The position numbers and the translations under genes are program-made. From Verrucomicrobiota bacterium (GTDB lineage Bacteria > Verrucomicrobiota > Kiritimatiellia > Kiritimatiellales > Tichowtungiaceae), in the NCBI GenBank assembly GCA_016342445.1, contig JAEIOF010000001.1:6777-70776 (forward strand): DNA of 64,000 nt, read 5' to 3'. Shown piece after piece: positions 52,419 through 62,456 of the stretch; the first letter of the stretch is position 1; every line of letters begins with the position of its first letter. The notes below the pieces were generated by a model, which worked only from the letters and a program-made list of their open reading frames with translations, made no database searches and was not told the origin of the DNA.

Positions 52419-55400
52419 CTAATCCCCTAAAACTGAAACAGTAAAATCTTTATACCGCGCGGACTTCATCCACATGTGGCGCAGGCCGATACGGCCTTCG
52501 GTTACTTCACCGATCAGCGGCGACTGCCAGGCAAAGAGCTTTTCCTGTCCGTCGCCCGCCACATTGAAGAACAACCGGCTGCCTTTTTTGATGGCCGTAA
52601 TGTGATAGGTCTTACCCGTGCGGAACAGTCCGGTGCGGAATGAGTCAGGTTTGATTTCGGTTTTGGAAAATTCACCGTCATCCGCTTTGGGATAGCGGCG
52701 GCAACGGACATAGTCGTCGTCCGGCCCGTTGTCATCCGCGCCGTAAGCGGCATAGCTGATATGCAGAAGCTTCATGGTTTCGAAATAGTTTTTCATCCAC
52801 GGTTCTTTGCGGACCTCCGCCCAGTCCATGATATCGGGAGCAAACTCGCCGCCCTTGCCGGTAGCTTCGATGTAGAGAATGTTCACCCACTTATTGATGT
52901 CATCGAGCCGGGTATATTCATACTCGATTTTCAGGTCGCCCTGAAACGAATCCTTCGTCCACAGCACGGCATGGTGCGCGTGGTTCCACTCCTCGGAGCC
53001 GGCCGAAAACTCCAGACCGTCCGCAATGTCGGTAATCCTGGCGAACTCGCCGTCGAGTTTCCAATCCTTGGAACTTTTTCCGGAGAACACCGGCTTCCAG
53101 TTAAGGGCTTTTGCCGCTTCAAACAACGCCTGATCTTCGCCCATCTCTAATTCAACCTCCATTGATGCGCCATCCTTGCATTTCACCGTCAGCAGCGTCG
53201 AATCGCCTGCGGCTTCCGTCCAGGCCGGCGCGGAACCTTTAATTTTCCACAGCCCCTTCAGCCGCAGCGTCACCGAGGCCTCTTTGGACGGACCGTTAAA
53301 GTGCCCCTTCACCGGATCCTCTTCCTGATTGAGGTCGGGATTTGCCACCGACACCTTCAGCAAATCAGCCTCCTGGATCATCACATAGCAAGGGACTGAA
53401 ATCGACTCCAGCAATCCCTCCTTCAACCCGCCGGCTTCGAAACAGGCATAGGCCGTTGTGGACTCCCACTCCACCACGTGCGCCTGATTATCCTGTCGGC
53501 GAATTGAAAACGGTGTGTCCCGAGGTGCCGACGTTCCAACCATTGGAAAAACCACATAGGCATACGAGGCGTTTTTCGAAGCGGCACCGTGGTCGATCCA
53601 GGCTTTGGCAAACAGGCCGGACGCGTCGGCCTTCGCGCCTTTTTTACCTTCGCCTTTGCGCAGCGAATATTTGTTATTGGGCGACGACTGCTCCCCGACG
53701 GTAATGACCGGCTCCGCGCCGTCGAGAATCTTATAGCCGTTACCGATCGGGTCGAACAGCCAATCGCCCTCGCGCCGCACCGCTCCATCGATTGGCTTAA
53801 TGCTGTTCTGAAACAGCGTGGTATGCACCGGGGCGGACGGATCGTCTGATTCAATTCCGGAACCGAGGCAGAGAATCTGTTCACCGAAACAGAAGACCGA
53901 TTTACGGGCTTTCAATTTCCCGGGGAACGACATTTTCTCCTTCACGGGATCGATAGTGAAGCCGTCGCCTTCATTGAGCTTCATAGCCCACACCCCGTTG
54001 CCGTCGAGCGAACAGCCGCCAGCGTAGGATTCCTCGGACTTGAACATAACCAGCGGCGCCTCGGGTTCGAGCTCGGCGAACGGCCGCTCAATGGTGGTCG
54101 CGCCCGGCGGATGGTTCCAATCCCAGCCGTCCTCGGTATAGCCAGCCTCCTTTTGGGACAGATTCGGCAGGACCTGAACGACGCCGCTGGACTGATAACG
54201 TCCGTAGCGGTTGTCGAGATTGTAGATTTCCGAGGCCCAGACATACTTGCTATAGCCCTTGATATTCACCGACCAGTCGGCGCGGCGATGAACCGAAAGC
54301 GCGGCGTAAGGAAAGGTCCAGTGACCGTTCGGCGGCTCGGTGTTGAGGTTGCATGTTGCGAACAACGCTTTCGCGACTTGATCGTTTGGAACGCCCCACA
54401 AACGCTGGTACGCTGCGGCCACCTCGGCATCCAGCGGTTCGGCCCCATCAGGGGTTCCGCTCAGAGCGAGTTTAAGATAGGCCTCGCCCAGAGATTTAAT
54501 GGAGCCGCCCAGCGGATGGCGCCCGGCCTGACCCAGGCCGTAACAGAACGGATTACTGTAAAGGGTGGCGGCCAGCATCGCCTTTTTAAAATTGGAATGC
54601 CCGGCCTCATCAATCCGGAAAGATGTTCCGGAAAGCGCATAGAACGTAATCGGGATTCGATCGAAGGCGCCGGTTGCATAAGCCGGATAGTGTCCCCAGT
54701 GATGCCACGCGGTGCCGTCCGGCTTAAACCCGCCGGTGCTGTCTGTCAGAGCCAGTGAATATGAAAGATGAGCCGAATACGCTTTCAGAAGAGCAGACTG
54801 ACGGCCCGGATCGGCCGGAAGCAGCGCGACCATCAGGCGGAACGCCGATTGGGTGTTGTAATAATCGAGGTTGGCCTCGAACGTCTCCTGCGGCATCAGC
54901 ATTTCACCGCAATCGAGCATCCAGAGCGTGGTATCGCCGATATCGTCCAACAGCCCTTCCTCGGCCAGAACCTCTTTCATCAGAAAAAAAGAGGTCATCA
55001 ATTCCCGCAACTGATATCCGAAATGATGCATTGTGCCGAGCGAACTTCCGGCACACCAGCCCTGATCCAGAACATAATGGCAAGCCGCGGCATATACCCG
55101 GCCCAGTTCCGCACGGGCAGACAGATCAACGGTTGACCGATACTCGTTGGCCAGCTGAAGCATCCGTATTCCGAAAGGTCGGACGACGATATACTCCGGC
55201 TTATCGTCCAGCCCCAACTCGTAACGAACCGGAGAAACCTGCACGTCCAGCCGCAGCGGAACAGGGGAAAAGCCGACGGCTCCGTCTTCCGCCAGAATTC
55301 CATCATCCACCAGTTTGCTACGGTACCAGTCCGCGCCGAAAAGCTGTTTGGATTTTTTGAAATACTCGTCAATCAGCCGGAGCCGGATGGTTTCCAGCTC

Positions 55401-56057
55401 TTTGAAAACCAGCGGGGTAACCGGATCCGGCGTCACCGCCGCGATCCGTTTCCAATGGTCCAGCTTCGGCATCCAGTGATCCCAAACGCCGGCACCCCCG
55501 TTTTTTATAAACGGAACCTGCAGGTCGGGATAAGCATGACGGTCATCAATATACTGCGAGAAAACCAGATCATCGATCCACAGCGCCCCCGCCGTCTCCG
55601 GCGCAATCAACCGAGCCGAATGAACATCGTACGGGCTTCCGGCCTCCGGAACGTCCCCCTGCATTTCATAAAACGGAACCCATACCGTTCGCCAGCCCTT
55701 GAAGTTCAGCTGCAGATCAAAGTGCACCGTCCCGTTAAATTCGATGCGCAAGACCTCCTCTGCCGGAGCCTCATTATAAAGCGACATCACGAACGTTGGA
55801 CTGACCGGAAATTGAGCGCCGTACTTTGCCCCGCTCTCCTCCGGCGAGAGCGAGCCAATATTCGACACGGTTAAAATTCCGCCGCCCCATTTCAACGACT
55901 TCGAACCGAACTGCGCGCGGTCTGCCACGACCGCGAATCCGGTTCCTGAAAAATGAGCCAGATCGGAATCCTTTTCGAAAGAAGTTCCACCCAGCGGAAC
56001 CTCCGCACGGCATGCCATCACGGACATCAACAGCAGAATCATATGTGTCGACTTCAT
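52419..56057 (-). CDS. polysaccharide lyase family 8 (chondroitinase ABC-like) fused to a C-terminal concanavalin-like domain (DUF1961-like)
   Basis: 1212-aa ORF with a signal peptide. The central region contains GWDWNHPPGATTIERP, the W.W..(P)G.TT pattern of PL8 lyases. The last ~230 aa form a separate beta-sandwich-like domain. Confidence 0.65.
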   Translation of the reverse strand: MKSTHMILLLMSVMACRAEVPLGGTSFEKDSDLAHFSGTGFAVVADRAQFGSKSLKWGGGILTVSNIGSLSPEESGAKYGAQFPVSPTFVMSLYNEAPAEEVLRIEFNGTVHFDLQLNFKGWRTVWVPFYEMQGDVPEAGSPYDVHSARLIAPETAGALWIDDLVFSQYIDDRHAYPDLQVPFIKNGGAGVWDHWMPKLDHWKRIAAVTPDPVTPLVFKELETIRLRLIDEYFKKSKQLFGADWYRSKLVDDGILAEDGAVGFSPVPLRLDVQVSPVRYELGLDDKPEYIVVRPFGIRMLQLANEYRSTVDLSARAELGRVYAAACHYVLDQGWCAGSSLGTMHHFGYQLRELMTSFFLMKEVLAEEGLLDDIGDTTLWMLDCGEMLMPQETFEANLDYYNTQSAFRLMVALLPADPGRQSALLKAYSAHLSYSLALTDSTGGFKPDGTAWHHWGHYPAYATGAFDRIPITFYALSGTSFRIDEAGHSNFKKAMLAATLYSNPFCYGLGQAGRHPLGGSIKSLGEAYLKLALSGTPDGAEPLDAEVAAAYQRLWGVPNDQVAKALFATCNLNTEPPNGHWTFPYAALSVHRRADWSVNIKGYSKYVWASEIYNLDNRYGRYQSSGVVQVLPNLSQKEAGYTEDGWDWNHPPGATTIERPFAELEPEAPLVMFKSEESYAGGCSLDGNGVWAMKLNEGDGFTIDPVKEKMSFPGKLKARKSVFCFGEQILCLGSGIESDDPSAPVHTTLFQNSIKPIDGAVRREGDWLFDPIGNGYKILDGAEPVITVGEQSSPNNKYSLRKGEGKKGAKADASGLFAKAWIDHGAASKNASYAYVVFPMVGTSAPRDTPFSIRRQDNQAHVVEWESTTAYACFEAGGLKEGLLESISVPCYVMIQEADLLKVSVANPDLNQEEDPVKGHFNGPSKEASVTLRLKGLWKIKGSAPAWTEAAGDSTLLTVKCKDGASMEVELEMGEDQALFEAAKALNWKPVFSGKSSKDWKLDGEFARITDIADGLEFSAGSEEWNHAHHAVLWTKDSFQGDLKIEYEYTRLDDINKWVNILYIEATGKGGEFAPDIMDWAEVRKEPWMKNYFETMKLLHISYAAYGADDNGPDDDYVRCRRYPKADDGEFSKTEIKPDSFRTGLFRTGKTYHITAIKKGSRLFFNVAGDGQEKLFAWQSPLIGEVTEGRIGLRHMWMKSARYKDFTVSVLGD
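53059..53073. repeat. iterated palindrome, 1 copy in the PL8 lyase gene
   Basis: TTCCAATCCTTGGAA. Confidence 0.95.
53534..53548. repeat. iterated palindrome, 1 copy in the PL8 lyase gene
   Basis: TTCCAACCATTGGAA. Confidence 0.95.
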
Positions 56058-56071
56058 TCGTTATCCTTTTC

Positions 56072-57745
56072 TCATTTCTTATTCACCTTATACGGGCGGT
56101 CTCGGTGCGCATGCGTCTCGCACATCATCTTCAGCAATTCTCCTTGAACCGCCCCATCGGCAGTATAGCTGCTCGGATTTTCCTTAAGCCACGATGGCCC
56201 GACATCCTTGAACTCCAGCGGACGGGCCACCTCCTCCAAACCGTCCAGATCAATGGCCGGCGATTTAGATAGCGTTTTGATCTTTCCATCCACCAGAGCA
56301 TTCGGATCGACCGGCAGATGTGAATCGACCTCGAACGAGACCGATCGGCGGCACACGGCAACGAACTCGGCGGACGGCATCGGTAGTCCGCCCTCGCCGA
56401 CCACCAACTCAAACTCGCGCACGTCGTTGCCCGTCACGGACGCCCCGTCGAGGGGATGCTTTCGCTGGATATTATCCGTCCATTGCTGCAGAGCCATGGC
56501 CTCGTGATTCTCCACAAACGCCCACGGTTTATAGGATGGATCGAGTGTGGCCACAACATTACCGACAAACCGGTTTCCGGTCGGCAGCAGCTCGCGTTCA
56601 TCCACCGCTTTGGCGGCATCGGCCCGGCGCTCAAGCAGCGCGGTCAAATCGGCCACGGAGCCCTTTTTGCCCAGAACGATATTGTTGGCGATCAGGTTGC
56701 GATCTGCGCGCGCATGCGATGAGCCAGCAACGCCGGCGTTGAGATACAGACAGGCTTCACCGCGATCCTTAAGGGTGCGCGGCAAATAGAAATAGTTTCC
56801 GACGACCGCGTGATCGCTGCCCCAGATAAACATGCCGCCGTAGCCAAAGAGTTCGTCGGTGCCGAGGAAATAGTTGTGGATCGCATACTGCCGGTCGCCA
56901 TGGCGAAAGTTCAGGGTGCCCTGGCAATTCTTGAAGGTGTTCGCGTAGAAGATGTTTTCGCGGGATTTGCTGGTGATGATCTCCGCCTCGCTGTCATGGC
57001 GCTCGAACAGGTTGTGGTCGACGAGACTACGGCCGGTATCATTGCGCCAGGTACCAATGCGGATGCCGCCGCCGGCATTTCCTGTTTTTGGAGGATTGCT
57101 GAAATAGCAGTGGTCGACGCGGTGGTACATCGGCGGAGCGCCCTCTGCGCCGTCAACCTTCTTGTAGGTCGACTCCCACAACTTACGGTCGCAGTTGTTG
57201 AGGTTGATCACCTGATCGAAGGTGGGCTTGTCGGTAAAGCTGCAATGGTCGATCCGTACGAATTCGGGAACCTTTCCGCTCGCGGGGGGCGTAACCGTGA
57301 TCCATCCGCCGTCGGCGGTATCGAACCGATGGAACGCGCATTCGGTGATGCGCACATGGCTACTGTAGACGGTTACCAGCCCGGGACCGTGCGAGCCCCA
57401 TTCGTCCGGATCTCGATCGCCATCCTTAAAATAGAAGCCGGCCAATATTACATGCTCGCCATGTATAGAAACCGAGGAATCCCCGGAAATGATCGCCTGT
57501 CCGGGATTGAGCGCGCGAATAATGATCGGCTGCCCTTCGCGGCCCGACGCCGTGATCTCCAGCTCAACATTGCGATAAACGCCATCAGCCACCGCAATCA
57601 CCTGCCCGGCTCTTGCCTTGCGAACTGCCGACTCAAGCTCTCCAACCGACTTAACCACCACCGGTTGCGCGGCATGAGCCGACATCGCTCCGATCAGAAC
57701 GAGAGCAAGCAACAGCCTAGCTATATATTTTCCATTCATAATCAT
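56072..57745 (-). CDS. polysaccharide lyase family 6 (chondroitinase B / alginate lyase-like right-handed beta-helix)
   Basis: 557-aa ORF with a signal peptide (..LIGAMSAHAAQP). The N-terminal pattern ..LESAVRKARAGQVIAVADGVYRNVELEITASGREGQPIIIRALNPGQAIISG..IHGEHVILAGFYFKDG is typical of PL6. Confidence 0.6.
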   Translation of the reverse strand: MIMNGKYIARLLLALVLIGAMSAHAAQPVVVKSVGELESAVRKARAGQVIAVADGVYRNVELEITASGREGQPIIIRALNPGQAIISGDSSVSIHGEHVILAGFYFKDGDRDPDEWGSHGPGLVTVYSSHVRITECAFHRFDTADGGWITVTPPASGKVPEFVRIDHCSFTDKPTFDQVINLNNCDRKLWESTYKKVDGAEGAPPMYHRVDHCYFSNPPKTGNAGGGIRIGTWRNDTGRSLVDHNLFERHDSEAEIITSKSRENIFYANTFKNCQGTLNFRHGDRQYAIHNYFLGTDELFGYGGMFIWGSDHAVVGNYFYLPRTLKDRGEACLYLNAGVAGSSHARADRNLIANNIVLGKKGSVADLTALLERRADAAKAVDERELLPTGNRFVGNVVATLDPSYKPWAFVENHEAMALQQWTDNIQRKHPLDGASVTGNDVREFELVVGEGGLPMPSAEFVAVCRRSVSFEVDSHLPVDPNALVDGKIKTLSKSPAIDLDGLEEVARPLEFKDVGPSWLKENPSSYTADGAVQGELLKMMCETHAHRDRPYKVNKK

Positions 57746-59499
57746 CCGTTTTCCGGCACGAGCCGGAGTTCAATTAGATTCAGGGTGCGATTCTCTTCGA
57801 GGTCTTCGCAGAGCGGATCTGCCGCTTCGAAGACCGGCATTGCCGTAACACTTATTTCCACGTCATAGACGCCCGGCTCGAGGAAACAGGTCGTGCCGAG
57901 ATGACTGATGGTTTCGGGATGATATTTGGACTGGATATTTTCGAGTACGACATCCGGCATCAACGCGGCCGTTATCGACTCGCCATTCACCGTGATCTCC
58001 ACCTGAACGCCCGCAATCCATTCGTGACTCCAGTGGCGATTGGTCAGGGCGTCGATGCGATACCGGCCCGACTGCGACATCCCGAATTTCCACCGGAGCG
58101 ACCCGCTACCTTCGTGGAAGCTGATGGGCAGCCCCTTGCGATCGACGGATAAACGGCTCCCGTTCACACGATGAACCTTGGCATTCCCGGTAAGCAGCGA
58201 AACGGTTCCGTCCTCCGCCTGCACCAGTTCCTGTTCGGCGGCAGGAATGCCCGCCAGCTCGAGGCGAACCACAGAAAAGAAGGAATCCGGCGCGTGCTCC
58301 GGAAGGTTGTCCAGCTGGAGGCTGTTTTTTACCCTGTCCCCCTCATCCCATTCCTGTTCCTTTTTCACCTTTCGTCCGGGCTCCGCAAGAACCGTCGCTT
58401 CCACCACCTGGTTTTTCAGCCCCTGAAGCCGGAAAGAAGAACCCGGCCACTTGGAAAAAATGAGATAAAGAAAATGATCCTTCACCGTCATCATGCCCCA
58501 CGGAAACGGATTGGGAAACGGCGCGGCCCCCGCTCCATAAATGGCTTCCCCGTTGGTGCGCATCCATCGCCCCATAGCCTGCAACCGCTCCACGCTTTCG
58601 GACGGAACAGTTCCGTCCGCCTTCGGACCGATGTTGAGCAGGTAGTTGCAGCCGTTGGAAGCGGATCGAATCAGAGAATAGAGCAGCTGATCGACGCTTT
58701 TCCAATTGTAGTCGGTACGTTTATATCCCCACGAATGGTTCATCGTTGCCGGCACTTCGCCATCCATATTCCGGCTGCAATAGGGAAACTCGTTGTCCCC
58801 GAGCACGGCGTAGTCGCCATACCCGTTTCCAACACGATCGCAGACGAGACACCCCGGTTGCCGACGGTGCACCAGCTCCGCAAAGGCCCGGCTCTGCGCC
58901 GGGGTGGAGTCCACGGCAGTATCGTACCAAACCAGTCCGATCGGACCGTATTCGGTCAGCAGCTCCTTCATCTGAGGAATGCACTTTTCTTCCATGCACC
59001 GGTTGAAATCAACCTCCCGCTCATCAACGGGAACCGGATGCTGGTTCGCCCACTCATTCCACGATCCATCCGGGTGGTGCCAGTCCTGCCGCTGTGAATA
59101 GTAGATGCAGAATTTGATCCCGGCTGCTTCACAGGCCGCTGCCAGCTCTTGAACGATGTCCCGTCCGAACGGCGTGGCATCAACGATATTGAATGGATCA
59201 ACATCCGACTTGAACAGGGCAAACCCGTCGTGGTGCTTGGCGGTAATGACGAGATATTTCATCCCGGCATCGACCGCAAGCTGCACAACCGCATCGGCAT
59301 CAAACTTTATCGGATTGAATTCAGCCGCCAGCTTTTCATATTCGCTCATGGGGATTTCGGCGAAACGCAAAATCTGCTCGCCGATGCCCGGAACTTCACG
59401 ACCTTTCCAAATTCCCGCAGGGATGGAATAAAGCCCCCAATGGATAAAGAGCCCGAAGCGCGCCTCGCGCCACCAATTCAATTTGTCGGCGGCTTTCAT
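57742..59499 (-). CDS. alpha-L-fucosidase, GH29 family, without a signal peptide
   Basis: WWREARFGLFIHWGLYS and HHDGFALF signatures. The ATG at 59499 forms an ATGA overlap with the upstream sulfatase stop. The tracked start at 59562 would overlap that gene by 67 nt. Confidence 0.85.
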   Translation of the reverse strand: MKAADKLNWWREARFGLFIHWGLYSIPAGIWKGREVPGIGEQILRFAEIPMSEYEKLAAEFNPIKFDADAVVQLAVDAGMKYLVITAKHHDGFALFKSDVDPFNIVDATPFGRDIVQELAAACEAAGIKFCIYYSQRQDWHHPDGSWNEWANQHPVPVDEREVDFNRCMEEKCIPQMKELLTEYGPIGLVWYDTAVDSTPAQSRAFAELVHRRQPGCLVCDRVGNGYGDYAVLGDNEFPYCSRNMDGEVPATMNHSWGYKRTDYNWKSVDQLLYSLIRSASNGCNYLLNIGPKADGTVPSESVERLQAMGRWMRTNGEAIYGAGAAPFPNPFPWGMMTVKDHFLYLIFSKWPGSSFRLQGLKNQVVEATVLAEPGRKVKKEQEWDEGDRVKNSLQLDNLPEHAPDSFFSVVRLELAGIPAAEQELVQAEDGTVSLLTGNAKVHRVNGSRLSVDRKGLPISFHEGSGSLRWKFGMSQSGRYRIDALTNRHWSHEWIAGVQVEITVNGESITAALMPDVVLENIQSKYHPETISHLGTTCFLEPGVYDVEISVTAMPVFEAADPLCEDLEENRTLNLIELRLVPENG

Positions 59500-60971
59500 T
59501 TCACCAGTCGCTGGTACTCTTCCAGACTCCAAACAAGCGGTTTTTCCAGACGGGAAGCCCATGCTTTATAATCACTGCGCAAGGATTCAACCACATCGGT
59601 CTGAATCGAAGAGACTTCGCTTCGCTCACCAGGATCGGCGGACACATCGAACAGCTCCACATGGCCGGTCACCTCGTTACAGCGCAGCAGCCATTGATCC
59701 TTCTGTACAGCCCATGAGGCGTCGCCCACCTTGAGCGGACTGGTCGGCGCGTCGTCGGTGCGCTCGGTGACATATTCCCAGTAGTCGCGCCAGAACTCCT
59801 TGTTGTCCTCGCTCCAGTGCATAATTTCCGGCCCGGCCCAATAAAGCGCCTCGTGCGAATCTTCCTTTTTCCCAAGCATTGGAAAAATATCCGCCCCGTC
59901 CAGATTGCCCGGCAACTTGATGCCGGCGGCGACCAGCGCGGTCGGCAACACATCGATCGAGGCGACTCGCGGATCAAATTTTGACGGGGTCAGCCCGGCG
60001 GGCCAGTGCGCAACCATCGGCACATGCATGCCCCCCTGATGAAAGTTGCCCTTGTTGCCGCGGAACGGCCCGTTCATCGGTTGCGGCGAATCGATCACCG
60101 CGCCGTTATCGCTGAGGTAGAAAATCAGTGTGTTTTCAAGCAGCCCCTTCTCCTCCAGCGTGGAAACGATTTTCCCGAGGCCGTCATCAACGGCAGCAAG
60201 AGTGGCGTAGTAGTTATCCACTTCCGGGTTGCCCGTATTGAACCGCTGATAGGTTGATGGCGCGGGATCTTCGAGCGGGATGTGCGGCGCGCTGTAGGCC
60301 AGATAAACAAAGAACGGATCGTTGCCGGACTCTTCAATGAACCGAAGCGCATCGTCGGTGAACTCATCGGTGGCGTAACCCGTAGCCTTCACGTTTTCCA
60401 GACCTCGGAAAAGGCTGGGCGAATCGTAATAGGTGGTGCCGGACGTGTTGAAGCCGAAATAGTGATCAAAGCCGCGATTAATCGGATTGTGCTCGGGGAT
60501 ACAACCGATGGTGGCGTTTTTGTGATAGTCGTGCGTCTGCACCGGAAGCGGTTTTTTCGTGGTTTTGCCGAGATGCCACTTGCCGATCATCGCCGTGCGA
60601 TAACCCGCCTTCTGGAACAGTTCGGAAAGCATGGTTTCCGAAAGAGGAACCCCGGCTTTAGAGAGGTCGCAGTTATCATAGACGCCGAAACGCTGCTGGT
60701 AGCGGCCGGTCATCAACGCGGCGCGCGACGGGCCGCACACCGGCGAGGTGACGTGCGCATTCATGAAGGTGACACCGTTGTCCGCCAGTTTCTGCAGATT
60801 GGGCATTGCAGCCTTCGCCGCCGCCCTGGCTTTCTGCCGATCGCACTTATAGCGCTCCGTATTTTGGGTCAGAAACAGCATTTCATCCGGATAGGCATCC
60901 GAATAAACGGGCAGTTGCCCGAAGCCCTGGTCATCGACCAGCACCACGATCACATTGGGGGCATCATCCAT
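59496..60971 (-). CDS. sulfatase (S1 family, Cys-type formylglycine motif), without a signal peptide
   Basis: PNVIVVLVDDQGFG and SPVCGPSRAALMTGRY (C-x-P-x-R). The start is probably ATG 60971 (MDDAPNVIV..). The tracked start at 60998 overlaps the upstream gene. Confidence 0.9.
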   Translation of the reverse strand: MDDAPNVIVVLVDDQGFGQLPVYSDAYPDEMLFLTQNTERYKCDRQKARAAAKAAMPNLQKLADNGVTFMNAHVTSPVCGPSRAALMTGRYQQRFGVYDNCDLSKAGVPLSETMLSELFQKAGYRTAMIGKWHLGKTTKKPLPVQTHDYHKNATIGCIPEHNPINRGFDHYFGFNTSGTTYYDSPSLFRGLENVKATGYATDEFTDDALRFIEESGNDPFFVYLAYSAPHIPLEDPAPSTYQRFNTGNPEVDNYYATLAAVDDGLGKIVSTLEEKGLLENTLIFYLSDNGAVIDSPQPMNGPFRGNKGNFHQGGMHVPMVAHWPAGLTPSKFDPRVASIDVLPTALVAAGIKLPGNLDGADIFPMLGKKEDSHEALYWAGPEIMHWSEDNKEFWRDYWEYVTERTDDAPTSPLKVGDASWAVQKDQWLLRCNEVTGHVELFDVSADPGERSEVSSIQTDVVESLRSDYKAWASRLEKPLVWSLEEYQRLVK

Positions 60972-62376
60972 ATCCGTTCCCTTTCGCATCTTCTTCACAG
61001 CGGTTCAACAGTTCAACCAGCTCGGACTGCACCCCTTCGGCCTCCGGTAAGTTCCAAACATTGGAAAAATCGGCAGGCCCCGAATCGAGGCGGTAGAGTT
61101 CGTGCACCTGCGTGCCGTCCTCGTTGCGGAAGCGAATCAGCTTCCAGTCGTCGCGCGCCACCATCGTCCAGGGATATTGCTCGCTGTAGGTCACATTGTC
61201 CCACGCATCCAACTGCACGTCATCGATCAACGGCACAAGCGAGCGCGATGCGGTTTGCGGCGCTTCGACCCCGGCGCGTTCGAGCAGCGTGGCATAGAGG
61301 TCGAGGTTGTTGACCAGCTTGCGGCACGTGCCGGCCCCCTTGGCGGGATCGGCCACAAACAGCGGAACACGCACTGAATTTTCGTACATCGTACTTTTGA
61401 AAAAGAGTCCGAACTGCCCGGCATGATCGCCATGGTCGGAAGTGAAAACCACGATCGTGTTGTCGGCCAGCCCCTGCGCATCCAGCTCGTCGAGGATGCG
61501 GCCGATGCCGTGGTCGATCATAGAAATCTGGCCGTAGTAGGCGGCGAGCGCCTCGCGGTATTGCCGCCCGGTCAACCCTTTTTTAAAAATCGGACTGCTG
61601 TCCTTCTTTTCGGCGGCCAGCGGCTTGTCGCCGGTTTCCGTGTAAAACTCCGGCGGCAGCTCCATCTCGTCCGGAGAGTACATCGAGGCCCACGGTTCCG
61701 GCGGCATCATCGGCTGGTGCGGCCCGAAGTAGGAGGTGAACATGAAAAACGGGCGGTCATGTTTTTTGCGCAGAAAGTCGAGGGTGCGCTCGGTGACCCA
61801 GCTGTTGGAATGCTCCTTCTCGGAACGCCAGTTCGAACCCATGATGAAACGGAACGGGTCGGTTTCCAAACACGCTTCATCGGCGTTAAACTGCGCAATC
61901 ACCTTCTGAATGTCGCCGCCATAACTCTTGTCGGCCAGCCACTGCACATACTCGGAGTTGAGCGGCTCGTCCTCGCGGTACACGTTGTATCCGGCGTCGT
62001 GCAGATGCTTTTCCTCGAAGCCGTGCGCAACTTCAATCGGCGCGAGGTGCAGCTTGCCCGCCATCGCGGTTTCATACCCCGCGCGGCGCAGGGCCTCCGG
62101 CAAAAGCAACGTGCCATCGCGGTGCGGCATATAATTTTTGGTGACCCCGCTCGCCGCCGGATAAAGTCCGCAGAATATCGAAGCCCGCGACGGGCCGCAA
62201 ACCGGACTGGCGCAATAGGCTCGCGTAAAGTTGACGCCCCGCTCCGCGATGCGGTCCATGTTCGGGGTTTTAACGACGGGGTGTCCGAGGCAGCTGAGCG
62301 TTTCCGCCTGCTGCTGATCCGTCATGATGAATAAAATGTTGGGGCGTTCCGGCGGCGCGGTCTTTTCATTGTCCAT
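60964..62376 (-). CDS. sulfatase (S1 family, Cys-type formylglycine motif), without a signal peptide
   Basis: PNILFIMTDQQ and SPVCGPSRASIFCGLY. ATG 62376 (MDNEKTAPPERPNILF) is preferred over the tracked TTG at 62427. Confidence 0.9.
   Translation of the reverse strand: MDNEKTAPPERPNILFIMTDQQQAETLSCLGHPVVKTPNMDRIAERGVNFTRAYCASPVCGPSRASIFCGLYPAASGVTKNYMPHRDGTLLLPEALRRAGYETAMAGKLHLAPIEVAHGFEEKHLHDAGYNVYREDEPLNSEYVQWLADKSYGGDIQKVIAQFNADEACLETDPFRFIMGSNWRSEKEHSNSWVTERTLDFLRKKHDRPFFMFTSYFGPHQPMMPPEPWASMYSPDEMELPPEFYTETGDKPLAAEKKDSSPIFKKGLTGRQYREALAAYYGQISMIDHGIGRILDELDAQGLADNTIVVFTSDHGDHAGQFGLFFKSTMYENSVRVPLFVADPAKGAGTCRKLVNNLDLYATLLERAGVEAPQTASRSLVPLIDDVQLDAWDNVTYSEQYPWTMVARDDWKLIRFRNEDGTQVHELYRLDSGPADFSNVWNLPEAEGVQSELVELLNRCEEDAKGNGYG
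61052..61066. repeat. iterated palindrome, 1 copy in the sulfatase gene 3' end
   Basis: TTCCAAACATTGGAA. A related 16-nt variant, TTCCCAAGCATTGGAA, lies at 59869-59884 in the other sulfatase gene. Confidence 0.95.
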
Positions 62377-62456
62377 ACAGGGAGTCTCAACAAAACCTGC
62401 ACTTTCTACAATCGAAGAAATGCGCAATTAATAGCACCAGATCGCGCCAGACGGCT

